Below, in pieces: positions 48,301 through 56,844 of a DNA stretch of 64,000 nt. Position 1 is the stretch's first letter; each line of letters starts with the position of its first letter. The stretch spans positions 6,749-70,748 of the forward strand of contig JAEEKG010000103.1 in NCBI GenBank assembly GCA_016282315.1. The letters run 5' to 3'. The notes below the pieces were generated by a model, which saw only the letters and a program-made list of their open reading frames with translations, had not been told where the DNA came from and made no database searches. Origin of the DNA: Clostridiales bacterium. GTDB taxonomy: Bacteria; Bacillota; Clostridia; Oscillospirales; CAG-272. Made by a program: the position numbers and the translations under genes.

Positions 48301-51113
48301 GTGTCACAAACATAACAAAAGAATACTACAACAAAAACAATCAGAATACAGAGACGAAAGTGACGGATTCAAACGCCACGGTTTTCCTGCGCACTCAGAA
48401 TACATATGACGGCATGGGAAATGTTACGGCAGTGACGCAGTATGACGGGAATAATACAATAACAAAGAGTCTGACATACAACAATGCAGGAAAAGTATTG
48501 ACAGAGACGATAAACGGAAAAACCACAACAAACACTTATGATTTCAGAGGCAACCTTTCAAGTGTGACTGATGCTATGAATCACGTTGAAACATATGTAA
48601 TTGATTCGAATGGTCTTTTGACAATCAAAACAGACAGGAACGGAACAGTATTTGCATATACATATGACAGCCTTGGAAGAGTACTTACGGAAACGGCGAT
48701 GAAGAACAACTTAAGTCAGACGAAGACTTATACATATACAAAAACAGGACTTTTAAGGAGCACGAACAACAACGGAGTAGTGGTTACAAACACATATGAT
48801 AACTTCGGAAGGCTGACAATTCAGAATGAAAGTGACGGGATAACCCACAGATATTTTTATAACAACAATAATGAGAGAATCGAGTACAAACTCATAATAA
48901 ACGGAGAAACAGAATTGTGGGAGAAATACACATATAACGCAGCAGGGCAGATGCTTACTACGAATGAAGTTAAAAAGACTGAAATTCAGGTAAGCACAAT
49001 AAACCAGTCTGGACATCAGAGCAATTCGGTCTTATCTTCAGACGGAATAGTGCTTGGAACATATTCCATAGTAAACAGCAATGGAGATATATTGGTATAT
49101 GACTCAACAAGCACAATAGTAATGAACATCAAGTTTACGGGAATAAACGTATGCGGAGAGATTTATCTTGACAGCCTGGGCAATGTTGATTCAGGATATG
49201 TTATCTACAGCGGTGAAGAATATGACTTTGGAAACATAAGTTATTATGATCCGGAAGAGATGCTCGGACAGGGAGTATCTGTAATCTACTACATCACAAA
49301 TGCAAGTGGAACAATTACAGATACAATAATGGCGGATGTTCCACTAACCCCAATGCCCGGAGAAGGGATAATCAGCTGGGTATATGAAGGATTTTTGTGT
49401 CCTACAGAGTCAGAAGTTGAATATGTCGAACAGTCGCCATTTGTGACATATACTTATGACGCAAGAGGCAATGTAACCAAAGAAGAATACAAAAACGGGA
49501 CAGAAACCATATATACATATTATTCATCAGGATTACCTCACACAATTGTAAACAAGAAGGGCAACACAACATTGTCCTCATTCAGTTATACCTACTATCC
49601 TGACGGAAACATAGCAAGTGTGACAGAGATTGGAAAAGTGACATACTACGGCTATGACGGATATGGAAGATTGACCGAGGAAAGAACAGTTGCAAACAAC
49701 AATATAAAGATGGTATCATATACTTATGACAACAATGGTAACAGAACGAGCAAAACAGAGAACGGGATTTTGACCAGTTATACTTATGACAACAACAATA
49801 GAATAACGACGGAACTGACAGGAACTATACTCACGTATTATTCATACGATAACAATGGCAATCTGCTCAGCAGCCTGGCCGGAGGAAACTACACAGGAAC
49901 ATATACCTATGACCTGTTCAACAGGGAAAAGAGTTTCACACCAAACTATATAGGGTACACTTACTATACATACAGAGCAGACGGACTGAGACACTCAATC
50001 GGAAGCACAACACACTGCTGGGACGAAACAAATATAGTTTGTGATATTGATGGAACAGACTATACTCTCTATTTCAGAGCAATAAGTCTTGTGGTCTACA
50101 GAGAAAACAAGACGGACAAGTACTATCTCAAAAATATCCAGGGAGACACAGTTCAGCTGACAAACGCAAGTGGAGTTGTAGCAAAGAGTTACAAATACAA
50201 CGGATACGGCGATGAGAAAGACAAAGATCCAAGTGACAACAACCCATTCAGATACAGAGGAGAATACTACGATAAAGTAACCGGAACGATATATCTTAGA
50301 GCAAGAAGTTATTCAGCATCAAGAGGAGTATTCACAACAGAAGACCCTATCAGAGATGGAAACAACTGGTTTGGATATTGCACTGGCAATCCGGTTAATA
50401 TTATTGATCCAACTGGATGCATTAGCAGGGATACCGTTTTAGCTATATTAGATAGTGACAGTGGTCCTGAAGGCAATTTTAATCCTTTGAAAAGAAAACC
50501 ATACAAGGATAATATGGATGTTATTAATGGAATTGTACATTTTTGCTTCGGTTTTTCTTTTGAAGCTGTTATAGACGAGATTGATTTATCATTTTTCAAA
50601 TACAATCATGCTTTTTCCAAAACAATAATGATTGAGTACACTGACAGTGAAGAGTTTTTTAATGTTTCATCTGACCTCTCATCACATAGTTTTAGCGTAT
50701 CATTAAGAAATCTAAAAGATGACGAAGAGATAGGTATTAATTTTTACATGGATGGAATAGGCATTGAAACCAGATTTGGTGATTATTCATTCGAATTAAA
50801 AAAGGGTGTTGATTTTTATGACTTTTCGTTCAACTATTTTCTTTCTAATGGTTGGCGTGATAGTCATACATTTACCATAAGCGAGAATGATTTGAATAAA
50901 CGCATCGACTGTTTAAAATGGCAATCTAAACAAAAGGAAACAGTACCATTGACTTTGCCAAAACCTATTTCAGAACCTTCAATTGTTGATAAAGTGGTTA
51001 TAATTGGTGCGGCGTCGTTGGTGGTTGGATTTGTGATTGGTGCGTGTGCTAAAATGAAGCCATCAATGGCTATAAAAGAAGGGTTAAATCCTTTGAAAAT
51101 CTTATTTAACTAA
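45315..51113 (+). CDS. Rhs/YD-repeat polymorphic toxin with N-terminal signal sequence and variable C-terminal domain
   Basis: N-terminal signal-like sequence, many YD repeats (YTYDSRGNVLTY, FTYDTYGNVLTE, YTYDNQGNVLTATDPLNG ...), and the Rhs core end NPFRYRGEYYDKVTGTIYLRARSYSASRGVFTTEDPI..NPVNIIDPTGC at about 50240-50420. An unrelated tail of about 230 aa follows. Confidence 0.9.
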   Translation: MKNDYSVIKRVLSISIVIATFLTMQGIVILAADIKNDIIGNEYSSYNGIDENVVEYNYEEDEIDLSTPLNPFIEIYEKIIEEIRSGRLAPVTNETRLSELENRAEREIRTRDLTVQDLNYNEYVRDYTNKYVIEKGSETIDLSTLSVGREFSVGKIVGRNGIGTELLIRYDLDESSSFAPHFIKSENVKYSVKRTSILIDLTNETVCYLETEINTYSTYNAAYNDASHQNSGVYEYSENGIDYCFIQGQLMSFDSYYEYELYYDQKDIHLTNMQLSDGWRFNIPYIEIQVCGGNNLSYYQVLHLDNGMSVNMQDYIVTQRPLEDIMVTTGTFATSAGTATVKAVLLNGTTYYFNSINDCIRKEDRYGNGINYIYNPQEGYISEIIADTGAKIVFAFTNSSITITSPDGGVVTIGIIVDTDDNREVTSIDYGANEIYTFEYAKSGYNIFDGNNIIDIVEYNKLTKLTEPSGAYCQYIYSTVSAGWGTYKRHYPVLQSKSVKENNETKYLTTYGATGTAFDTQSFESMNVDDYTYTISVTEGVKASYYTFNINNLCTKQIFSDETVTKTYNEYYLPTTVTKKVGSMIAAESYTYDSRGNVLTYTNPQGNVTTCTYSQLYGLLLSKTFGNLRVESTLSQDNKAISKVEKYWNNTLVNRTDFTYDTYGNVLTETEYIYPGTNTRTITYSYTDNVTRSQGIDYSGMFVTSKTITGVKDADNQTVGTITYSNSYDLLGRVLSSTDAENNTTTYTYNTKGQLTTVTYPNNSTENYNYDSANERVTYTDRNGYALTTQYDYLGNVLTVKENSTNYVLQTNTYDLYGRTATSANYGSQSVTEYTYDIKDRVTSQKIKNSQGTVQYQENYSYSVVGTGGAYYLKTVKTILGDTNSPSIVTSEYVNKMGQKARSGEFIGETEVLTINTYDIYGNVLSVSRNGRTVSYTYDYNGKVLTETNALNNTTTYTYDNQGNVLTATDPLNGQVTNTYDILGRKIKTTTILQTGVTNITKEYYNKNNQNTETKVTDSNATVFLRTQNTYDGMGNVTAVTQYDGNNTITKSLTYNNAGKVLTETINGKTTTNTYDFRGNLSSVTDAMNHVETYVIDSNGLLTIKTDRNGTVFAYTYDSLGRVLTETAMKNNLSQTKTYTYTKTGLLRSTNNNGVVVTNTYDNFGRLTIQNESDGITHRYFYNNNNERIEYKLIINGETELWEKYTYNAAGQMLTTNEVKKTEIQVSTINQSGHQSNSVLSSDGIVLGTYSIVNSNGDILVYDSTSTIVMNIKFTGINVCGEIYLDSLGNVDSGYVIYSGEEYDFGNISYYDPEEMLGQGVSVIYYITNASGTITDTIMADVPLTPMPGEGIISWVYEGFLCPTESEVEYVEQSPFVTYTYDARGNVTKEEYKNGTETIYTYYSSGLPHTIVNKKGNTTLSSFSYTYYPDGNIASVTEIGKVTYYGYDGYGRLTEERTVANNNIKMVSYTYDNNGNRTSKTENGILTSYTYDNNNRITTELTGTILTYYSYDNNGNLLSSLAGGNYTGTYTYDLFNREKSFTPNYIGYTYYTYRADGLRHSIGSTTHCWDETNIVCDIDGTDYTLYFRAISLVVYRENKTDKYYLKNIQGDTVQLTNASGVVAKSYKYNGYGDEKDKDPSDNNPFRYRGEYYDKVTGTIYLRARSYSASRGVFTTEDPIRDGNNWFGYCTGNPVNIIDPTGCISRDTVLAILDSDSGPEGNFNPLKRKPYKDNMDVINGIVHFCFGFSFEAVIDEIDLSFFKYNHAFSKTIMIEYTDSEEFFNVSSDLSSHSFSVSLRNLKDDEEIGINFYMDGIGIETRFGDYSFELKKGVDFYDFSFNYFLSNGWRDSHTFTISENDLNKRIDCLKWQSKQKETVPLTLPKPISEPSIVDKVVIIGAASLVVGFVIGACAKMKPSMAIKEGLNPLKILFN

Positions 51114-51143
51114 GAAATAAGCATATTAATTAACAGTTTTGAT

Positions 51144-52292
51144 ATGAGGATGGGTATGAGAGTTATTAGGTTATCAGCGTTTTCAATTATGATTGTAATC
51201 ATGTTTTTACTTGTGTGCAGTTGCAAAGGTTTTTTTGATATTAGAATGCCAAAACCCATTGAAAAGTATAACGGAATAAGTGATGATGAAAAAGAATTGG
51301 CAATAGAATCATTAAAAGCATGGGTAGATGATTATAGTGTAAGTCCGCAAGTGATATATAGAGTGTTTGTAATTGTAGATGGAATAAACACCGAGGTTAT
51401 TTATGGTGATTTAACGAGAAATAAAGTGTTGTGGTTGCAAATGCTTTCGTCAATAGAGCGTAAAAAAATAGGCTATTTGAAATCACATTTTCAGGGTAAT
51501 TTGTTATACATCGTGCCATATAAAGAAAAGTTGGCAAAAGTGGACTTTTACGAATGCAATGTTAAAGATGTGAAAACCTATGATTGTTGGCGGAATTACA
51601 TTACTGAAATATATGATTCAAATGTTGATGGAATGAATAAGCTTTTTGATTTGGTTTTTAACTTTGATAATATCAGTGATATATCAAAAGGAGAAAAAAC
51701 AGTTGCCATCCAAACGGCAAACTTTTATAAATTCACATTTGAAGATGTTCAAATAAGTCCGCTAACCAGTCTTGTAATAGATAATTGCGATGTTAAGTTG
51801 AATAATGATTATTTTGTGGTTGAATTGTATGAAAATAATATGTTAACAATAAAAACCAAAGTCATTTTTAACAATCAAGAGCAAGAAATTTTTATGAGTT
51901 TACAGTGCAGTGACTCTAAAAGTTTCGACAAAGCTGTTCTTGATTATATAAAAGAGAAAGACGCCATCAGTTTTAATGATGGGTGGCCTGAAGAATACAA
52001 ACTTTTTTTGAAGGATACAATCAAAACTTCTGATGTTCCCGTGCCCATTGGCATGTCAGAATACAATGAAATATGGAAAGATGGAAAATCATGTTTTATT
52101 GCGAATTTTTTGTCAACAGAAGGCTTTGTAGAAAACTATTCAAGTTTATTGTTGGAAAATGGCTTTTCGTATTTGAAATATGGGGAGTTGTATCAAAAAT
52201 ATTATAAAGATGAAAAAGGTGATTACTTCAGAGTAACGATAAGATTTAGTAGTTTGGATGGTACTGACATTATCGAAATGTATATCTCTTGA
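51144..52292 (+). CDS. Exported protein (signal peptide, possible lipobox LVCSC); candidate immunity protein for the Rhs C-terminal toxin
   Basis: It lies immediately downstream (30 nt) of the rhs stop on the same strand. GAGGA at 51146-51150 favours ATG 51156 as the start. No recognisable family. Confidence 0.55.
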   Translation: MRMGMRVIRLSAFSIMIVIMFLLVCSCKGFFDIRMPKPIEKYNGISDDEKELAIESLKAWVDDYSVSPQVIYRVFVIVDGINTEVIYGDLTRNKVLWLQMLSSIERKKIGYLKSHFQGNLLYIVPYKEKLAKVDFYECNVKDVKTYDCWRNYITEIYDSNVDGMNKLFDLVFNFDNISDISKGEKTVAIQTANFYKFTFEDVQISPLTSLVIDNCDVKLNNDYFVVELYENNMLTIKTKVIFNNQEQEIFMSLQCSDSKSFDKAVLDYIKEKDAISFNDGWPEEYKLFLKDTIKTSDVPVPIGMSEYNEIWKDGKSCFIANFLSTEGFVENYSSLLLENGFSYLKYGELYQKYYKDEKGDYFRVTIRFSSLDGTDIIEMYIS

Positions 52293-52596
52293 GTTCAAAA
52301 GGGATAAGTGGTGTGATTACAGATTTATTTATGTGTGAGAAATGTAGGTGCAGAGCTTTGAGCATCACTATGCGTTGTGCCTTTTTTGGCAATCTTTGAG
52401 ACGTTTGAACTAAGCGTTTAACATTTCGGAACACTATTCCAAAAAAGGAGTTTTGTCTTTTATGAGTTCTCGCCATCAAAAACACTTGTTAAGCATTGTC
52501 AACTGTTACTTATAAATGGTGGTTTTTCAATTGATAAAGACAATTCAAAGTTGCTATACAAAGAAAAATGAGAAGTTATAATAAGTGTATTAATAG

Positions 52597-52675
52597 ATGA
52601 TTCTTCATCTTATGTTATGATTGTCATAACTACGTACACAAAAAAAACATATCTGATCCAAAAACAGAATTAAGT
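52597..52675 (+). repeat. Direct repeat copy 1 (about 80 bp)
   Basis: ..atcttatgttatgattgtcataactacgtacacaaaaaaaacatatctgatccaaaaacag.. is nearly identical to 54287-54366. It contains the palindrome gttatga-ttg-tcataac. Confidence 0.8.
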
Positions 52676-52890
52676 ACATAGTCATTGTTGTGTTAATAAT
52701 TGCTCTGACTATAGTAATCGCTTTTGTTGTCATACCAAACATTGTTTGGAGATTGTTATGGTAGAGGATTCGGTATCAGAATTTTTATTAAGGATAGGTT
52801 CAGTTGGTCACTATGTGTATGCGACACGTAAAGACATAGTATTATTCAAAATATAGTTAAAACTTCAGAAAGGAATATATTACATAAAAT

Positions 52891-53976
52891 ATGATGAGCG
52901 ATAACAAAAAAGAACTTGGAATTGTTGGCATAATACTCTTTTCGTTGTTAGTACCAATAGATTGGTTAATAATGAGTTTTTTTGATATATTTGGTGGGAT
53001 TGTTTCCATCAGTGCACCTGTATTAATGATTATGGGATTTAGATTATTTTCGAATGCCTTTGATAAAAAAAAGTGGAGAATGGCAATTGTTTTAACAACT
53101 ATAGTTTACATTATTGTTTTAATTCTGACATGGTATAGTTTTTTATCTCTTAATGCATATAAATCTCTAATCCAAGATTATGAATTGCATCCAGAATTAT
53201 TTACAAACAAGCCATCGTATTTGAGATGTTTTGCAAATCCAAATGATAGATTTGTCGAACTTGGCAGTAGTGATGTATCGTCACTGTTTGAGACATTGTT
53301 GATTGCTTTAATAATATTTGTTAACTATGTGTTTAATTTCAAAAGAGATATTAGAATTTTGGCACAACCAACTAATCCCAAACCCCAAGAGAGTATAACA
53401 AACAAATTGTTGAGCAAGAACAGCGGTAGAATAATTGTTGGCTTGGTTTCTTCCTTTCTATCATTGACTCTTTTCGTATTATTTTTGTACCTAATTACCA
53501 AAAGCGAACGCTTTGCTGGATTTGAGTGTGTACCTATATTGTTTATTCCGACGATTGTATTTAAATCTCTATCAGTAATTATTCATGGAGTTGTAAAAAA
53601 ACCAATGAGGACCATTTTGATTTTTATAACAATCAGTGTAACCCTTTCGATTATTGCAATTGTTTTAACAGGTGTTTTATTAACTGGTGATTGGGATGAA
53701 TATACATTTTATTATCCATTTTACCACAATGTGAATAATTACATATTTGCTATCAAACAAGGTCTTTTGTGTGCTATTTTATACTCACTTATTTATCCCA
53801 TTTTTGGCATAGTAGAAAACTTTGCCTTATTTAACATAAAAAAAGTGTTTACTATCGATGCTTTTGAGGACTTTTGTGGTAGAAATGTTTGTGAAAAAAA
53901 AGATCACGATGAACCAACAAAAGAAGATAATATAGAAACAAAAACAGATTTAGAGGAGAACCATTCGACAAAGTAA
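52891..53976 (+). CDS. Polytopic membrane protein (361 aa, about 8 TM), function unknown
   Basis: Long hydrophobic ORF with a weak RBS. Its last ~10 codons and stop (from ~53945) are encoded by rhs-core-homologous DNA read in another frame. Confidence 0.65.
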   Translation: MMSDNKKELGIVGIILFSLLVPIDWLIMSFFDIFGGIVSISAPVLMIMGFRLFSNAFDKKKWRMAIVLTTIVYIIVLILTWYSFLSLNAYKSLIQDYELHPELFTNKPSYLRCFANPNDRFVELGSSDVSSLFETLLIALIIFVNYVFNFKRDIRILAQPTNPKPQESITNKLLSKNSGRIIVGLVSSFLSLTLFVLFLYLITKSERFAGFECVPILFIPTIVFKSLSVIIHGVVKKPMRTILIFITISVTLSIIAIVLTGVLLTGDWDEYTFYYPFYHNVNNYIFAIKQGLLCAILYSLIYPIFGIVENFALFNIKKVFTIDAFEDFCGRNVCEKKDHDEPTKEDNIETKTDLEENHSTK

Positions 53977-54289
53977 CCTAAACGATATATCTTAGATCAA
54001 GAAGTTATTCTGCATCAAGAGGAGTATTCACTGCAGAAGACCCTATCAGAGATGGAGATAGCTGTGGGTTGGGTATAGTGTAGAAAATCCAGTTAATAGG
54101 ATTGTTTTTAATGGTGAAGGATGGTGGTATTGGGTAATAGTTGCTGCAGTTGTTGATTGCACTGCAGCAAAAGTCATTACTGCTGGCGGTTTTTCAGCGG
54201 CAGCAAGAGTTGTATTGGCAGTGGCGTCAGGAACGGCGGTCGCAACAACTGGAGCAACAATAGCAGCAAGCGCGACTATTGATCAATGA
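53945..54289 (+). pseudogene. Orphan rhs C-terminal cassette (core-end fragment plus different short hydrophobic C-terminus), decayed
   Basis: 53945 to about 54100 aligns to 50249 to about 50400 of the main rhs gene (..RFRGEPFDKVT*TIYLRSRSYSASRGVFTAEDPIRDGD..). It has an in-frame TAA at 53979-53981 and a 2-nt length difference that shifts the frame before ..WVGYSVENPVNRI... A Gly/Ala-rich hydrophobic tail then runs to the TGA at 54287-54289. Confidence 0.75.
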
Positions 54290-54366
54290 TTATTTATCTT
54301 ATGTTATGATTGTCATAACTACGAACACAAAAAAATAACATATCTGATACCAAAGACAGCTTAATA
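54287..54366 (+). repeat. Direct repeat copy 2 (about 80 bp)
   Basis: It matches 52597-52675 with a few substitutions and two 1-nt indels. It begins at the stop codon of the orphan cassette. Confidence 0.8.
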
Positions 54367-54463
54367 TGGCAAAACAAAGTCATTTTTGTGTTGCATTTAC
54401 AAATATAAGAGATATAATTTGTCTTGTTGTTTTTGAAAAAATAATTGCTTTTAAGGATTAGAT

Positions 54464-55585
54464 ATGGTTAAAAAAATTGTGCATTTTGTCAAGATGCACG
54501 TAGTGTTCTGTATTGCAGCTCTTGCTGCAATAATCAGTTGCTTTTTAATTCCTCCAGATGAAGGATATCTTTCATATATTGACTATAAGACAATTGCGTG
54601 CCTTTTCGCCACCCTGGCCGTTGTTTGCGCATTGAGAAACATCATGTTCTTTACAATATTGTCCAGAAGAATTGTAAGAATAGTGGGCAATTTGAGAACG
54701 CTTGCAATTACTCTTGTCGTAATGACATTCGTAGGATCCATGCTGATTGCAAATGACATGGCATTGATCACTTTTTTGCCGCTTGGATATCTCTCATTGT
54801 CAGTTACAGGTCAGGAAAAGCACAGCGCATTTATATTCATACTTCAGAATATCTCAGCAAACCTCGGAGGCATGCTTACTCCGTTCGGAAATCCGCAGAA
54901 TCTGTATTTGTATTCGTACTTTAATATTCCAACTGGCGAATTTCTGCAAATAATGCTTCCGCCGTTCTTGTTGGCAGTTACTATGCTTATTATTTGTTGT
55001 CTTCCTCTTCCTGCAGAAAAGCTCAAGGTTGATGAACAAGTTGCTAAGCCTCTTCCGAAGGTCAAGACAAGTCTGTACATAGCGCTGTTTATACTGTCAA
55101 TTCTCGCAGTTTTCCGAATTATTCCGTATTATATAGTTGCGGTTCTTATTCTAGTGGTGCTGTTGTTTATTGACAGAGAAGCATTGGCGGCTGTTGACTA
55201 TCCTTTGTTGCTTACATTTGTTGCATTCTTTATATTTGCAGGCAATATGTCAAGATTACAGGTCTTAAATGATTTGTTGTCATCATTGCTTGAAAAGAAT
55301 ACATTCTTTGTTTCAATCGGGTCTTGTCAAGTAATAAGCAATGTTCCGACAGCGATACTTTTATCCAGGTTTACTACAAATTACAAAGATTTGCTATTGG
55401 GAGTCAACATAGGTGGTACGGGAACGCTTATTGCGTCTCTAGCCAGCCTCATAACATTCAGTGAATTCAAGACTTTGTATCCTACTGAAGTTAAGAAATA
55501 TATCAAGATGTTTGTATTGCTCAACTTGCTGTTCCTTGTGGTTTTGAGCGGAGCAACGTATTTGTTGTCTTTATTTGTAAAATAG
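54464..55585 (+). CDS. Polytopic ion/anion permease (ArsB/NhaD / CitMHS-superfamily-like)
   Basis: 373 aa with 10-11 hydrophobic helices and no soluble domains. Its general resemblance to ArsB/NhaD-type permeases is from memory only. Confidence 0.6.
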   Translation: MVKKIVHFVKMHVVFCIAALAAIISCFLIPPDEGYLSYIDYKTIACLFATLAVVCALRNIMFFTILSRRIVRIVGNLRTLAITLVVMTFVGSMLIANDMALITFLPLGYLSLSVTGQEKHSAFIFILQNISANLGGMLTPFGNPQNLYLYSYFNIPTGEFLQIMLPPFLLAVTMLIICCLPLPAEKLKVDEQVAKPLPKVKTSLYIALFILSILAVFRIIPYYIVAVLILVVLLFIDREALAAVDYPLLLTFVAFFIFAGNMSRLQVLNDLLSSLLEKNTFFVSIGSCQVISNVPTAILLSRFTTNYKDLLLGVNIGGTGTLIASLASLITFSEFKTLYPTEVKKYIKMFVLLNLLFLVVLSGATYLLSLFVK

Positions 55586-55593
55586 TAAAAACT

Positions 55594-55624
55594 CAGGCCT
55601 TGGATGGTTTTCATCCAAGGCCTG
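55594..55624. terminator. Bidirectional terminator between convergent genes
   Basis: Stem caggccttggatg / tcatccaaggcctg with loop gttt. Confidence 0.75.
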
Positions 55625-55635
55625 GTAAATATTTG

Positions 55636-56769
55636 CTATTTGACAGGTTTTTCGATTGGTTTTAAGAAGCAAGCTCTTGATTTGTGATGTTCTTTATTGA
55701 ATCTTGCCCATGTTGCCTGAATTTCTTTGTTGTCTATCAGAGTTGGACCGGTTTCTGCGTATTCAATTCCATCCTCGATAGCATTTCTTATTGATTGTTC
55801 CAATATGATGGCTAAAGCACCTTTGTCTCTGTATTCAGGGTCAACGGCTACCAAAAGCATATCCAGTACTTTTGCATGCTTTATCTGGTACAAAAAGTCA
55901 ACAAAACCAAATGGGAACAAATGACCGTTGTGTCTTTTCAATGCGTCGACCGGAGTGTGTATCATCAATCCATATGCCACGAGTTCATTGTTCTCGTTAT
56001 GAACCATAGGGAGGTATTTCGGGTCTATCATTGGAAGATATTGAGCTGCCAAATGGTGCATTTCTTCTTTGCTGTAGGGAACATAACCATATAAGTCCGC
56101 GTAGCACTTGTTTGTCAAACTAAGAACTTCTTCAACATATGGTTTGAGATTCTCATGCTTTTTCAGTTTGACAGGTTTAAGCTTGAACTTTTTCTGGGAT
56201 AGTTCAGACAGTTTTGCAAACAGAGGATCAACTTGTTTCGGAATCGGAATCTTGTATTCTTTCCAAACAGCATCTTCTACAAATCCAAGTTTCTTCAAAT
56301 GTTCAACGTAGTACTCGTATGTATAGAAAGTCATGAATGTGTTCTTCTGATCAAAGCCATATGTCAACATTCCTTCTTTGTCCTGATCGCTGTAGCCCAA
56401 AGGACCGACGATTTCTTCAAGACCATACTCAAGACCGAATTTCTCGACAGCTTTTATCATAGCTTTAGTAACTTCAATATCATCTATCATGTCGATTCTG
56501 TTGAATCTAACACGCTTCTGATTATATTTTTCATTGGCGTATTTGTTTATGATTCCGCAGATACGACCGACAATTTTTCCATCCTTGTAAGCTAACAAAA
56601 GCCTGAATATGCAGTGGCTCGTTTGAGGGTTTTTCCCTGGAGAGAGATTTTCAATCTCATCTTCATATAGATAGGGTGTGAAATATGGGCAGTCTTTGTA
56701 AAGTGATATAGGAAAGTCTATAAATTGTCTTAACATTTTCTTTCCTTGAACTTCGCGAATTTCAATCAT
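55636..56769 (-). CDS. Uncharacterised cytoplasmic protein, GNAT-like acyltransferase fold suspected
   Basis: 377-aa ORF with GAGAGGA upstream. Its N-terminus (MIEIREVQGKKMLRQFIDFPISLYKDCPYF) resembles a family usually annotated as GNAT N-acetyltransferase (from memory). Confidence 0.5.
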   Translation of the reverse strand: MIEIREVQGKKMLRQFIDFPISLYKDCPYFTPYLYEDEIENLSPGKNPQTSHCIFRLLLAYKDGKIVGRICGIINKYANEKYNQKRVRFNRIDMIDDIEVTKAMIKAVEKFGLEYGLEEIVGPLGYSDQDKEGMLTYGFDQKNTFMTFYTYEYYVEHLKKLGFVEDAVWKEYKIPIPKQVDPLFAKLSELSQKKFKLKPVKLKKHENLKPYVEEVLSLTNKCYADLYGYVPYSKEEMHHLAAQYLPMIDPKYLPMVHNENNELVAYGLMIHTPVDALKRHNGHLFPFGFVDFLYQIKHAKVLDMLLVAVDPEYRDKGALAIILEQSIRNAIEDGIEYAETGPTLIDNKEIQATWARFNKEHHKSRACFLKPIEKPVK

Positions 56770-56844
56770 GATGAATCCTCTCTGAATTGTAATTTCTGCT
56801 TATTCCCAATTTACGATTATATAAGTATTTTTTCAAAATTGCAA

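Noticed and set aside
52293-52890. Minus-strand 71-aa basic ORF (52270-52485) and tiny plus-strand ORFs (for example MSSRHQKHLLSIVNCYL after AAGGAG at about 52446)
   Set aside because: They show no family resemblance, have poor or mis-spaced RBSs, and lie in an ORF-poor gap containing a dispersed repeat. I treated them as noncoding or decayed DNA rather than calling genes.
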